A stretch of 64,000 bases of DNA, taken from the NCBI RefSeq assembly GCF_032191835.1, contig NC_083227.1, forward strand, positions 122,822,001-122,886,000, given 5' to 3'. How positions within the stretch are numbered: the stretch's first letter is position 1; each line of letters begins with the position of its first letter. Of this stretch, positions 50,197-61,112 are shown one piece after another. Made by a program: the position numbers and the translations under genes. The notes below the pieces were generated by a model. It was not told where the DNA came from and did no database searches. It saw nothing but the letters and a program-made list of their open reading frames with translations. Source of the stretch: Heteronotia binoei. Lineage: Eukaryota.

Positions 50197-53100
50197 CTAT
50201 CTCAGTGGACACAATAACTTGCTCAGCTCTTAATTTTTCCCAGAATTTAGACTCTGTTGGTTTTAAAAGTGACTGATCGCTTTTCCCCCCATCATAGGGG
50301 GAAAGGGCCCTCTTTGGGTGCCCCTAGAATTGGACCCCTTGGTCCAATAATTTTGAAACTTGGGGGTTCTGTAGGAGAGAGGCACCAGAAGCAGCCCTGC
50401 AAATATGGTGTCTCTCACTCAAACCCCCATCCCCTGAGTCACTTTTCCCACTGTAAAAGGGGCTCTCTTTGGTCTGATTCTAGGGGCCACAATTCATTAT
50501 ATTCTGTTCTGCCATTGACTTCAATGGTCCATAAGGTGTAACTGTGGGATGGCAGTTTAGGTGCCCTTAGAATTGGACCCCCTGGCCCAATCTTTTTGAA
50601 ACTTGGGGTGTTCTGTGGGAGAGAGATTCCTGCAGCTTCCCTGTAAATCTGGAGTCTCTACCTCCAACTGCAATTCCTAATACCCTATTTTGCCATTGTC
50701 TTCAATGGCCCATAGGGTATAATGGGGTCATATATTCAAGAATAGCCAAATATCTCCTGACAAGAATAGCCAAATATCTCCTAAATCAGATTTGGTCACT
50801 GAATCTGCTTCTAGGAGATATTCAGCCGCCTGAATTCTGCCACCCCAATTCTGCTACCAAAAGCAATCACCCCCCACCCAGCTTGTCTGGGTATTTGGCA
50901 TGAAAGTGCTTGATCAATTTGGGGGTCTGGAATTGATAACTTCTGAAACACTCATTATAGGACTCTGGAAAGTATTTCCACTTGATGAGATAGTAGAAGG
51001 CCCCCTTTTTTCACTTGGAGTTCAGGATTTCTTCCACCTCATGATGTTACTGACCATCCACCATGATAGGAGGGTGCTCAGGGGGATGCGGGTGCCAAAC
51101 GTCCAGTCCAGGGTCCCGCTTCAGCAAACTGCAATGAAACACAGGATGAATGCCACTTCAGTTCTTGGGTAAGTTTACTTCCACAATCACTTCATTTATC
51201 AGCTGTTTCACTTTAAAACATCCAATAAACCTTCCAGTCCAGCTTCCTGGTGGGCTATAGCTCCTTTAAGTTCTTGGTTGATATATAAACTCACTTTTAT
51301 GTCCCACAAGGGGGTCCATTTCTTATCAGCTTGTGCTTTATAATCCTTTTTCACTCTGTGCAGCTCTTCACCATTGTGATGCCAGACCAGACCATCACTA
51401 AAAGACATCCCCACTCTTAGTCACCTCCCCTCCAGGCAAGCCCAGCATGGGTTTCCCTTCATACCCTTATGCTGCTTGAAATGGGACGTGTATAGTGTTA
51501 TTATAACAGCACTCTGCAAAGGGAGCTCCACCCAATTATCTTGCTGATAGTTCATATAGCACCAGAGGAATTGTTCCAAAACCTGATTAACCCATTCTGA
51601 TTGACCAGCCATTTCTGGGTAATAACCTGAGCTCAGCCCCTGCTCAGTGTTGGTTTGTTTAAGGAATTTCCTCCAAAACTTGGTGACAAATTGTGGGCCC
51701 TAGTCTGAGATCACCTTCTCAGGAAGGAGTGCAGACACACCAGATATTGTAGAAATAGCTTGGTGAAACTCACACTTGGACAGTTTAGCAAACAGTTTGT
51801 GCTTGTATAAGGTAGCAAGGACCTCTCTCACCAATTTTATGTGGGAGAGGAGGTCTTGTAAATAAATTAGCACATTATCATGATAAACAACCATGCTCTT
51901 GTAAAGGAACTTGTGCAACACTTCATTTATCGGGAATACTCCGGGGGCCCTTGTAGCCCGAAGGTCATCACTAGGTACTTGAACTGCCCCAGTGGGGTGT
52001 TGAAGGCCATCTTCCATGCATCCTCCTCTCTGATCCTGACCCAGAAATATGCATCCCAAAGGTCCAACTTAGTAAAAAATATTCCCCTTTGCAACTTTCC
52101 TCAATAAGTCTTTGATTAGTGGTATCAGATAAGAGTTAGACATCGATGCCGCATTAAGTCCCCAATAGTCTGTAGACAACTGTAGACTCCCATCTTCCTC
52201 TTCTCAAAATAACACTGGGGCTGCATGGGGAGAGTTAGCGGGATATATGAATCCTCTGGCCAAATTCTTGTCTTTCTCAGTTCAGCTTTCTCTGCTGATG
52301 TCATTGAATACAATTTAGCTTTTGGCAAAGCCTTTCCTGCGATCAATTCTATGGCTCAGTTAGTAGTCCTTTGGGAGGGTAGCTTATCAGCTTCACTCTC
52401 CTCAAACACCACACTTAGGTCTCTGTATTCCTGAGGGATCTCCCTCACCTCCTCCTTGGTTAAACAGATTGCCTCAGGGAGAGAAGGAGACTTTGGGCCC
52501 CACCATGAATATATGCTTTTTACAACATTAGTCTGGGAAATACAGTCTTTGCTCACTCCTGGCTAATTAAATCCTGCCCGAGGGAGCTTACATGTCCTCT
52601 ACGGGACATCATAAATAGATCCCTCCTGGAGAGGCATTTTCCAACGCCCTTAAAAGAGGCTTTGGTCCGCCCCCTCCTAAAAAAAAGTACAGCAGATCTG
52701 GCCAAATTGGCAAATTACCGACCGGTCTCTAATTTACCGTTTTTAGGTAAAATTATAGAGAGGGCAGTGGCGTTGCAGTTGCAGGGTTTTCTGGATGACG
52801 CTTCCGTCCTAGACCCTTGCCAGTCTGGCTTTCGTCCGGGCCATGGAACGGAGACAGTGCTAGTCGCCTTGACGGATGACCTCCAGCAGCATCTGGATTG
52901 GGGCGGTGTGGCGGTGCTGATGTTGTTAGACCTGTCGGCCGCGTTCGACATGGTCGACCATTGGTTACTGACCTGCCACCTCGCCAATGTTGGGGTTAAG
53001 GGGTCAGCCTTACAATGGCTCTCCTCCTTCCTCGAGGATCGGGGACAAAGGGTGGCAATCGGGGGCGAGCTGTCCCAGAGGCACACACTAAATTGTGGGG

Positions 53101-53445
53101 TGCCCCAGGGAGCAGTTCTCTCACCGATGCTATTTAATATCTATATGCGCCCCCTTGCCCAGATCGCCAGGAGGTATGGGCTTGGGTGTCACCAGTATGC
53201 GGATGACACCCAGCTCTATCTGTTAATGGACGGCCGACCTGACTGCGTCCCAAAGAACTTAGACCTGGCTCTGCAGGCTGTAGCAACCTGGTTAAGGCTG
53301 AGCAGGCTGAAATTGAACCCAGTGAAGACAGAAGTCCTTTGCCTAGGTTGGGGCGCTCTGGGAGGGGAAATACCTCTCCCGGTCTTCGACAGGGCGCCGC
53401 TGAAAGCGGAGCCTGGGAGTTCTACTGGAGCCTTCATTATCAATG

Positions 53446-53609
53446 AAGAAGAAGAAGATATTGGATTTATATCCCGCCCTCCACTCCGAAGAGTCTCAGA
53501 GCGGCTCACAATCTCCTTTCCCTTCCTCCCCCACAACAGACACCCTGTGAGGTGGGTGGGGCTGGAGAGGGCTCTCACAGCAGCTGCCCTTTCAAGGACA
53601 ATGGGCAAG
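53446..53609 (-). mobile_element. Squam3-like SINE 3' half inserted in the L2
   Basis: Reverse-oriented (TTC)n tail and body homologous to 57422-57662. It replaces part of the L2 between EPSLSM and RQLAPFL. Confidence 0.85.
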
Positions 53610-53761
53610 GCAGTTGGCTCCCTTCCTAGAGCGTCGGGATTCACGCAACGGTCACCTCGAGACTGGATTACTGTAATGCCCTCTACATGGGGCTGCCTTT
53701 GTGCCGAACCGGGAAGCTGCAGCTGGTGCAGAACATGGCTGCTAGATTACTGTTGGGGCTC

Positions 53762-55029
53762 TGTGAGGAAAAAGCCCCCTACTTCTCATACATATGGACA
53801 TCGTGATCACCAGTATGGTTGCCAGGGTGCCTGGAGTTTTGACTCTCACACATCTGCTCTAAGAAGTGGACTTTGCTTACAGTTTCTAAGGCTTATGTGG
53901 ATACTATAAGCCTCAGCTTTGCAGCAGCATTCTACAAATGAGCTGCCAGCTACTCCTTGTGTGCCCAGTCTTGGCCACTGCAGTGGCAGAAGCCACACCA
54001 CCATGAACTGTACAGGCAAGCAGTTTCTAGCCTGTTTTCCATGAACCAAGGGCTAACACCACTCGTAGCCATCTTCCTGCCAGACTGGACTTCATTCCTT
54101 CATAGTGGAAGGCTCACATACACACCCTGTGTCACCCTTGGCTCGCAAGCAACCCATCTGCCCCATGAATGGATTAACAGCTCAACCAATGTTCCTGATT
54201 GCCGGGCAATACCCTAAACAATAACTCTTGCCCAGAAGATGATGAGAAAAGAGGAAGAACATCTCCTGTCATAACCAGGTCTTTTGTCTACACCGGGGAT
54301 ACCTAGGTCAATATTTGATTCCCTATTGTCACCTTCCCAGATAAGCCCACTTAATCCCAAGTACCTAGCCATTTCCATACTGACACCCTTGGAGCCGCCT
54401 CAGGCCCTGTCGCAACCTGGAAGTTTCCAGGTTCACAGGACTAAGGTGAAGTTCATTGGTTAAAGCTGACACCCAATTGGATGTCACCAAAGGACTCACC
54501 ATTGGCTCTGCTAATGTCCAGCCTTCATGGTCATCACAGAGCCTCCCATTCCTCCTCCCCGTTGCCTCCCATCCCCTAAGGGCTCAGGTGAGGCCTTATA
54601 ACCTCTGACCCAACTCCACTCATGTGTGCTTCTATCAGCAACCCATATTCCGCTGCATAGATCCATCCCCAATTCTGGCCACAGTTTTGGGTCCATTTCC
54701 CCTGTCCTCTGATGTCACCATTGGAACCTTCCTCGAAGACTACGATGGTAAATATTACCCTGTCTGTTTACCCTTATATGTTCCCCTATCAATCTATCTG
54801 TGTTTCTTAGGCCTGTGTGAATGTGTGATTGTATTGTATTTTTATCTTGTGTGGAAGAACTATTATTCTAAATAAATTACAATTGGTTTTTATTAAATTA
54901 GAGTCCTTTATTTGAGCAATTACCCTCTGGATGGTTGAGCCTGGTATATATTGGTAAAAAGATTCCTAGTGAGCCAGGTGCCCACCTAACTAATTCCCCA
55001 ACCTCGTTTTGAGGGCATTTCAGCTTACA
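53762..55029 (+). mobile_element. Solo LTR (1268 bp) inserted in the L2
   Basis: Ends TGTGAG...CTTACA. 4-bp TSD GCTC (53758-53761, 55030-55033). The L2 frame LLGL|PKWEHIQPGLRELHWLP is restored on removal. AATAAA at ~54872. Confidence 0.85.
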
Positions 55030-57262
55030 GCTCCCAAAGTGGGAGCACATACAGCCAGGGCTGCGTGAACTGCACTGGCTGCCAGTTATATACCGGATTC
55101 GTTACAAAGTGCTGGTTATTACCTTTAAAGCCCTATATGGCCGAGGACCTGCCTACCTTAGGGACCGTCTTTCCCCATACGAACCCCAGAGAGCGCTGAG
55201 GTCAGCTGTGAAGAACTTGCTGACTATCCCCGGGCCGAGAGAGGTAAAGCTTCAGAGCACCCGTGATCGGGCTTTCTCTGTTATGGCTCCATGCCTATGG
55301 AACCAGCTTCCAGAGGATCTGCGGGCCCTGCGGGAATTTGAACAGTTCCGCAGAGCCTGCAAGACCACCCTGTTCCGATTGGCCTTCACCGATTAAGGGA
55401 AACTGCTAGTGAAACCTATACAATAGCATCAGTATATTAATTTTATAGATTTTATTGATTTTAGAGTTTTAGTAGAATTTTAATTAATGTGTTAATTAGT
55501 TATGCTCAAATACTTTGTAAAACTAATGTATTGATTATGTTGTTAGCCGCCCTGAGCCTGCTTCGGCGGGGAGGGCAGGATACAAATAAAAATTGATTGA
55601 TTGACTCCAATGCACATAGGATCATGGTCTTTCAGCCAGTGCCCCCCCCCCCAACACCACTGGGAAACTCATGGAGGGGGATACTATGAAAGTGCAATAT
55701 TCCCATTGTCTCCCCCATCACCATCAGGATGGGCTCAGTCTCTAAAGTGCCCAGCTCTCCTCGAATTGTGGAACAATCCATCTGCTTGAAGTAAATGGGT
55801 TTGGGGAGATCCACTGTTCCTACTCCCAACCCCATGACTATGGTGGGAGTGATGAGGTCTCTAGTGCACCCTGAATCTAATAGGGCCTGCACTCATATGT
55901 AAGTGTTTAACTTGGGGTTCACTAGCACAATCGGGACATAAAACAACGTTCCCCGTGTTCTCACCCTGCTTGGTGCTTCAGGTTTCCAAACATGCTGCTT
56001 GGCGCCATTCACAGCAGGTTGCACGTTTCTCAGAAGCTGGAGATTTCTGCTGTCACCGTTGGATAATGTTTTCTCACTCTCCCCATCTTCTGGTAGGGAT
56101 CGAGCCATTGCTGCACCATCCTTTGCTTTTCATGGGGCTCCCTCTGGACTTCCTCTGGTTATCTTCTTTGGGGCTTCTGTTGCTTTGGGTGGGGAGATTC
56201 AGGTTCCAGATGGGCAGTTGGTGGCAAAGTGGTGCTCCCACTCACAATTCAGGCACATTCACTGCTTCAGCTGACAGTACTTCTCAGCTGCCAAAAGACC
56301 TTTCTTTGAGGGGGGCTTGTCTCCTCCCCACAGCTTTATTTTCCACCATGGCCATGGCCCGGATGCTGCTGCTGTTTCATGAACTTCATCATCTGCTCTC
56401 AGTTCTCTGCTTGTGGTCTTCTGCCTCAGTCACCTGTGGGCCAGCTACACTGAGGAGCCCCCACTCAGCTGAGGGTTGGCATCCCCAGCACCTGTCACCC
56501 TGATCCCAGTGACTCTGAGTGCTGTCATACTCCCCAGTTTCCCAAACAGCCACCAAAAGTCACATCTTCCACTGTCTGGGAGTCGTCCCTGGCCATTCTG
56601 CAGCATCCCCACTTTGCAGGGGCCTCAGGCTCTGCTCCACAACAAACTTGGCAGGTAGCAGGGTTCCCCACATGGCACCTTTTACCTTCCTCTCATGTTA
56701 GGAGCTGTGGCTTGGGGTTCTTTGGCTTTTTCTCACTCAAAGGCTTGGTCTGTGTGGTACTGACAGCCCTGTCTCCCTCTTCACCAGATCCACTCATGGT
56801 TCTGGGTAGATGGAAGGATTCAGGCCATTTGCAGCTGTAAAGTGATTCTGGCAAAATGTAAGGTTTTGCCCAAGTTCAATCATGAGGTCCCTTAGGTTGG
56901 TTCAAAAGAAGCTTTTAATGCTGAGGCTTGCAGTACACACTAATGACATGCATTGCATGATCAGGTCTTGCCAGACTGAATTGAACTGGTTGATCCTTGG
57001 CACTTACAGGTTACAGCATAATGGCTCCCCTTTTCCCCATGCCCACTAAAAGTCTTTTGAATTAAACAAAAAGTTCTTCCCTAGGCCTCAGTGTTGCTCC
57101 CAGTCAAGGTTACATTCCACACACTTCAGTTCAGTTGGTGCCTATCAGCGTTACCTGGGGAGACTAGTTTATCTCCCCATACTCTTCTTCCACCAGCTGG
57201 CCTGGAACATCCCACAGGCTACAAAAATGGCTACAAAAATCAATGGGGTTAGTATTTGTGGA

Positions 57263-57421
57263 NNNNNNNNNNNNNNNNNNNNNNNNNNNNNNNNNNNNNN
57301 NNNNNNNNNNNNNNNNNNNNNNNNNNNNNNNNNNNNNNNNNNNNNNNNNNNNNNNNNNNNNNNNNNNNNNNNNNNNNNNNNNNNNNNNNNNNNNNNNNNN
57401 NNNNNNNNNNNNNNNNNNNNN
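57263..57421. other. Assembly gap (159 N)
   Basis: Run of n. Confidence 1.
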
Positions 57422-57662
57422 CCTCCACTTCGAAGAGTCTCAGAGCGGTTCACAATCTCCTTTACCTTCCTCCCCCACACCCTGTGAGGTGGGTGGGGCT
57501 GGAGAGGGCTCTCACAGCAGCTGCCCTTTCAAGGACACCCTCTGCCAGAGCTATGGCTGACCCAAGGCCGTGCTAGCAGGTGCAAGTGGAGGAGTGGGGA
57601 ATCAAACCCAGTTCTCCCAGATAAAAGTCTGCACACTTAACCACTACACCAAACTGGCTCTC
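57422..57662 (-). mobile_element. Squam3-like CORE-SINE (tail lost in the gap)
   Basis: Ends in CCACTACACCAAACTGGCTCTC, the reverse complement of the SINE head. Confidence 0.88.
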
Positions 57663-57799
57663 CAAGTTAGTACTTCATATAAATGCAATGGCAATAATAT
57701 GATAATAATGAAACATTGACAAAGGATATAATACCAGTGAAAACAACAGTCATAACTGTCAGGGACTTGTCAGGGACTTAAGAGCATGAATACGGTGAA

Positions 57800-58343
57800 A
57801 AGGGGGAGGGAACCCAGTTGCATCCAGGAGATCACTGGGAAAATTAGCTTAAGAAAACAGAGAGAGAGAGCGCGCAGCAAGGAAAAAAGCTCTTCCTTGA
57901 ATAAAACTGTGTTAGTCTTAAAGATACTATTTGTATTTCTTCTGTGTTATATGAGGGAACTGGGCAAAGCAGCCTCTTGCTTTTTCCCTCGTCTCTCCTC
58001 TCTCTTCCCCAGTGGAGGAGGAGGGAGGAGGAATGTCAGCCCATGTAGGAACTTGGCTTTGTAGCTCTGCTGTTTGATTGAGAGAGCCTGGCACTGCTAG
58101 AGCTGTGCCAGGCTCTATCAATCACACAGCAAAGCTACAGAGCCAAGTTCCTCCATTGCTGAGGCTCCTCCTCCTTCCTCCTCTCTTGAGGAAGAGGAAG
58201 AGGGGAAGAGCAAGAAGCTGCTCTGATCAGCTGCCTCAATTTCAGGGTGATGAAGGAAGCAGGAGAGAGGGAGAAGGAAGCAGATGACTGGCAGTTCCTT
58301 ATGGGCCAGACAAAAGCCCATGGACCCCACTTTTGACACCCCA
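57800..58343 (+). mobile_element. Non-autonomous hAT related to 41756-42514 (left end not found)
   Basis: Shares AGGGAACTGGGCAAAG and GGAGAAGGAAGCAGATGAC and ends TTTTGACACCCC. Confidence 0.6.
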
Positions 58344-58494
58344 ACTTAGGGTATCATTCTTGCTGGGGGAAAGGAACAGGAAGACTTAGGGCAATTTGGT
58401 CCCGCACTGGTTGTCAGCCAGTCATCTTTCAAGCAACTTCCTGCAGTCCTCCTGAGAGGTTAGCCTGTTGTGGGATGGGTGGGGCACACAGACC

Positions 58495-58658
58495 GAAGCC
58501 TTGAATTCATCAGGAGCTCACAGGAGCACAGCTCCTGAATCTTTCTGAGGGTTCCCCCTCCTCCCCACCTACTTACCTTGTCCATTGAATAGTAGGTGCA
58601 GCTGCATAATAATCCCTGGATGAGTGCTACCACCTATTTTTCTACAAAATGACCCCTG
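58495..58658 (-). mobile_element. hAT MITE, CAGGGGTCATTT family
   Basis: Perfect TSD CACAGACC (58487-58494, 58659-58666). Reverse copy of 36307-36465. Confidence 0.85.
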
Positions 58659-59318
58659 CACAGACCTAAGAGCTGCAGGCTTCTTTCTGGTTTGCAGCTC
58701 AGATTGAAAGAAGCAGGCTGAAGAGGTGGTTGGCATTCAGCAGCTCGCTCACTCTTTCTCAGCAAAGACCCACCCTCACACCTTATGCTTGTGGGGTTTA
58801 TTTTCTATGTGACTACTCATACTTTGCTAAGGCTGCAATGGGTCTCTGCTTAACAGGGCTGGGAAGGAATTTCATCTTGTGCTAATTGGCTGATAAGCTC
58901 TGGAATCTTTGCTTTCCCTACAGGAAAATATATATATTTATGGTGTACGCTTGTTTATACTGTTAAAAAGAGCATAACCATCATGACTGGCAACTGATGT
59001 TTAGGCATTGGCTGGGGAATATAGTGCAGGTTGTGCAGGGAATATAGTGCAGGTTGGCTCCCTGCATGACCAAAAGGGTGGCCTTAGGGGGCTCTGAGAG
59101 GTGCACAACAGCCAACCTTGGGCCTGACACATTGATCACACCCCCAGGAGGATGGTGATGGGCAAGAATAGTGGTCTCCACAGCTTCCAGCCCTAATGCC
59201 TAATGCCCTAGGTTAACCCAACAGGTAGACTGGGGAAGATGCTGACAGCAGTTGGGCTGGAGATTGCACCCACTGTCCCTAGCCTATAGTGCTCCAAGAC
59301 CTGAGGAACAAATGAAGT

Positions 59319-59519
59319 CAGGACTTTTTTTTTTAGAACAGGAACACACAGGAACTCAGTTCCAGCTGGCTTGGTGTCAGGAGGTATGGCCTAATATGCA
59401 AATTAGTTCCTGCTGGGCTTTTTCTACAAAAAGCCCTATGCAACAGAATGGTCACATCAGGGGGTGTGGCCTAATATGCAAATGACCCCTGCTGGGCTTT
59501 TTCTACAAACAAAGCCCTG
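59319..59519. mobile_element. hAT MITE, CAGGGCTTT family, tandem-dimer form, ~0.9 kb upstream of the NMUR2 ATG
   Basis: TSD AATGAAGT (59311-59318) / AATAAAGT (59520-59527). Two ATGCAAAT octamers (59396-59403, 59476-59483). Confidence 0.85.
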
Positions 59520-60392
59520 AATAAAGTAATCAATAAAGTTGTGGCCAATACTTCCCAGCACATGTGTCTGTGTTGTCCTTCTTTTCCCGCTGCCCAAGGT
59601 TCCCATTCCCGGTATAAAGGATACTTTATGGGATGAGTGTTTCTGCACATCTGCACTGATATAGTGCTTTAAAGTGGCAAATTTCCAGCTCTATATGTGA
59701 AATGAAAACATTAAAACTGACTAATACAGCAGGCTGCCTCTTCCTAGAAAGGCAATCTACTGTTATTGTTTGTTATGTAATACAGAATACCAAAATCAAT
59801 AGGGGCTATAAGTTTGCACATGGAAAACAGCATTATTTTCTTTATCACTTCCAGCTGGAAGAAATCACTTCAGCATAACTTTTTATCAAGCTTTAGTATT
59901 TTGCCCACTTTCTTCTTCCTGGACTCTCTACCATCTAATAATATTAACAATTCAATTATTTACACTAAGGTAAAGATTTCTCTTAAAGATTTCAGATTCC
60001 CCATTTCTTCTACCCTCTTTCCCCACCTTTATCTGTAAAGCTGCCATGAAAGCTGATACAACTAGCCAAGACTTTCTCATTCAACATATAATTTCATTCA
60101 TGCAGCTAGCCAATGAGTCTATGTGGAAGGAGGGGCTTGCTGTCAAAGAGACTGCACAAGGGAACAGTTAATACAGCAAAGGCAGATGTACACCACACAC
60201 ACACACATTCACTCACTCTTTCAAACACACACAGTTATTCTTTTCAATGCATCTGTGCTTTCAGATCTGAATGCATTCTCTCTCTTTCTCTCTGTCATAT
60301 TCCTACTTTTAAAAGTAAGCAATCTGGAACAAGCAAATCTTGGAGAGTAAAACCAGAGCTGGGGAAGTTATTCTTCATCCAGAAAACCTACA

Positions 60393-61112
60393 ATGGATTG
60401 GACAACTAACATCACTTGGTATGTTCATCGAATAGAAGAAGTTGAACCGCTAAGGAGATATTTAAACAACACTGAGGACTACTTAGCCTTTTTATATGGA
60501 CCCAAGCGGAGCCATCTCTTTCTGCCTATGACTTGGGTATATGCTTTGATCTTCATAGTTGGAGTGTCTGGCAACCTCTTAGTATGCCTGGTGATTCTCA
60601 AGCACAGGAACATGAAAACTCCCACTAACTACTATCTCTTCAGCCTGGCTGTTTCAGACCTGCTGGTGCTATCCATTGGGATGCCTTTGGAAGTCTATGA
60701 AATGTGGAGCAACTACCCCTTCTTGTTTGGGCTGGTAGGGTGCTATTTTAAGACTGCTCTTTTTGAGACTGTTTGTTTTGCCTCCATTCTGAGTGTCACC
60801 ACTGTCAGTGCAGAAAGATATGTGGCCATTCTTCACCCCTTCCAAGCAAAGATGAAAAGCACAAGGCGACGTGCTCTGCGAATCATCATTGCCCTATGGA
60901 TCCTGTCTGTCCTCTTCTCTCTTCCCAACACCAGCATCCATGGCATCATGGTGCAGTATTTCCCAAACCACACAGAGGTTCCTGGCTCTGCTACATGTGC
61001 TGTGGTCAAGCCCATGTGGATCTATAACTGTATCATCCAAGTGACCTCTTTCCTTTTTTATGTCCTGCCAATGAGTGTCATCAGTGTGTTATACTGCCTC
61101 ATGGGACTGAAA
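60393..61112 (+). CDS. NMUR2: Neuromedin-U receptor 2, first coding exon (N-terminus to TM5, 240 codons)
   Basis: Class A GPCR sequence [130 protein letters not shown]. This matches recalled NMUR2 better than NMUR1. Phase-0 donor AAA|GTAAGT at 61113. Confidence 0.93.

Larger units (their letters stand above)
44609..50848 (-). mobile_element. ~6.2-kb formerly autonomous hAT DNA transposon with long subterminal repeats
   Basis: Left end TAGAGTTGTGC. 44762-44804 and 50681-50723 are reverse complements (41/43). Contains an internal transposase pseudogene. The right terminus is degenerate and no TSD was found. Confidence 0.8.
52560..55603 (+). mobile_element. 5'-truncated L2 LINE inserted in the Gypsy pol gene
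   Basis: ORF 52662- reads VRPLLKK...NYRPVSNLPFLGK...QSGFRPGHGTET...LDLSAAFD...GVPQGAVLSP...QYADDTQL. The 3' UTR has a GATT tail. ACTCC is duplicated at 52555-52559 and 55604-55608, and the Gypsy frame (...PMCIGVSKDC...) rejoins across it. Confidence 0.92.
50860..57260 (-). mobile_element. Ty3/Gypsy chromovirus internal region, decayed and interrupted
   Basis: Minus strand: protease ALLDSGCTRDLI (55632-55892); [51 protein letters not shown]; integrase VISD-GPQF, GQSEWVNQVLEQFL, HPVFHCSLLK; chromodomain EVEEILNS..K..YYLIKWKYFP...LIKHFH (~50880-51040). The gag region (~56000-57250) is inferred from position only. No LTR was found. Confidence 0.88.

Noticed and set aside
55955-56503. 182-aa plus-strand ORF
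   Set aside because: Antisense to the Gypsy gag/protease region with biased composition; a shadow ORF.
57169-57576. ORFs spanning the N gaps (also 28584-28816)
   Set aside because: They appear open only because N codons contain no stops.
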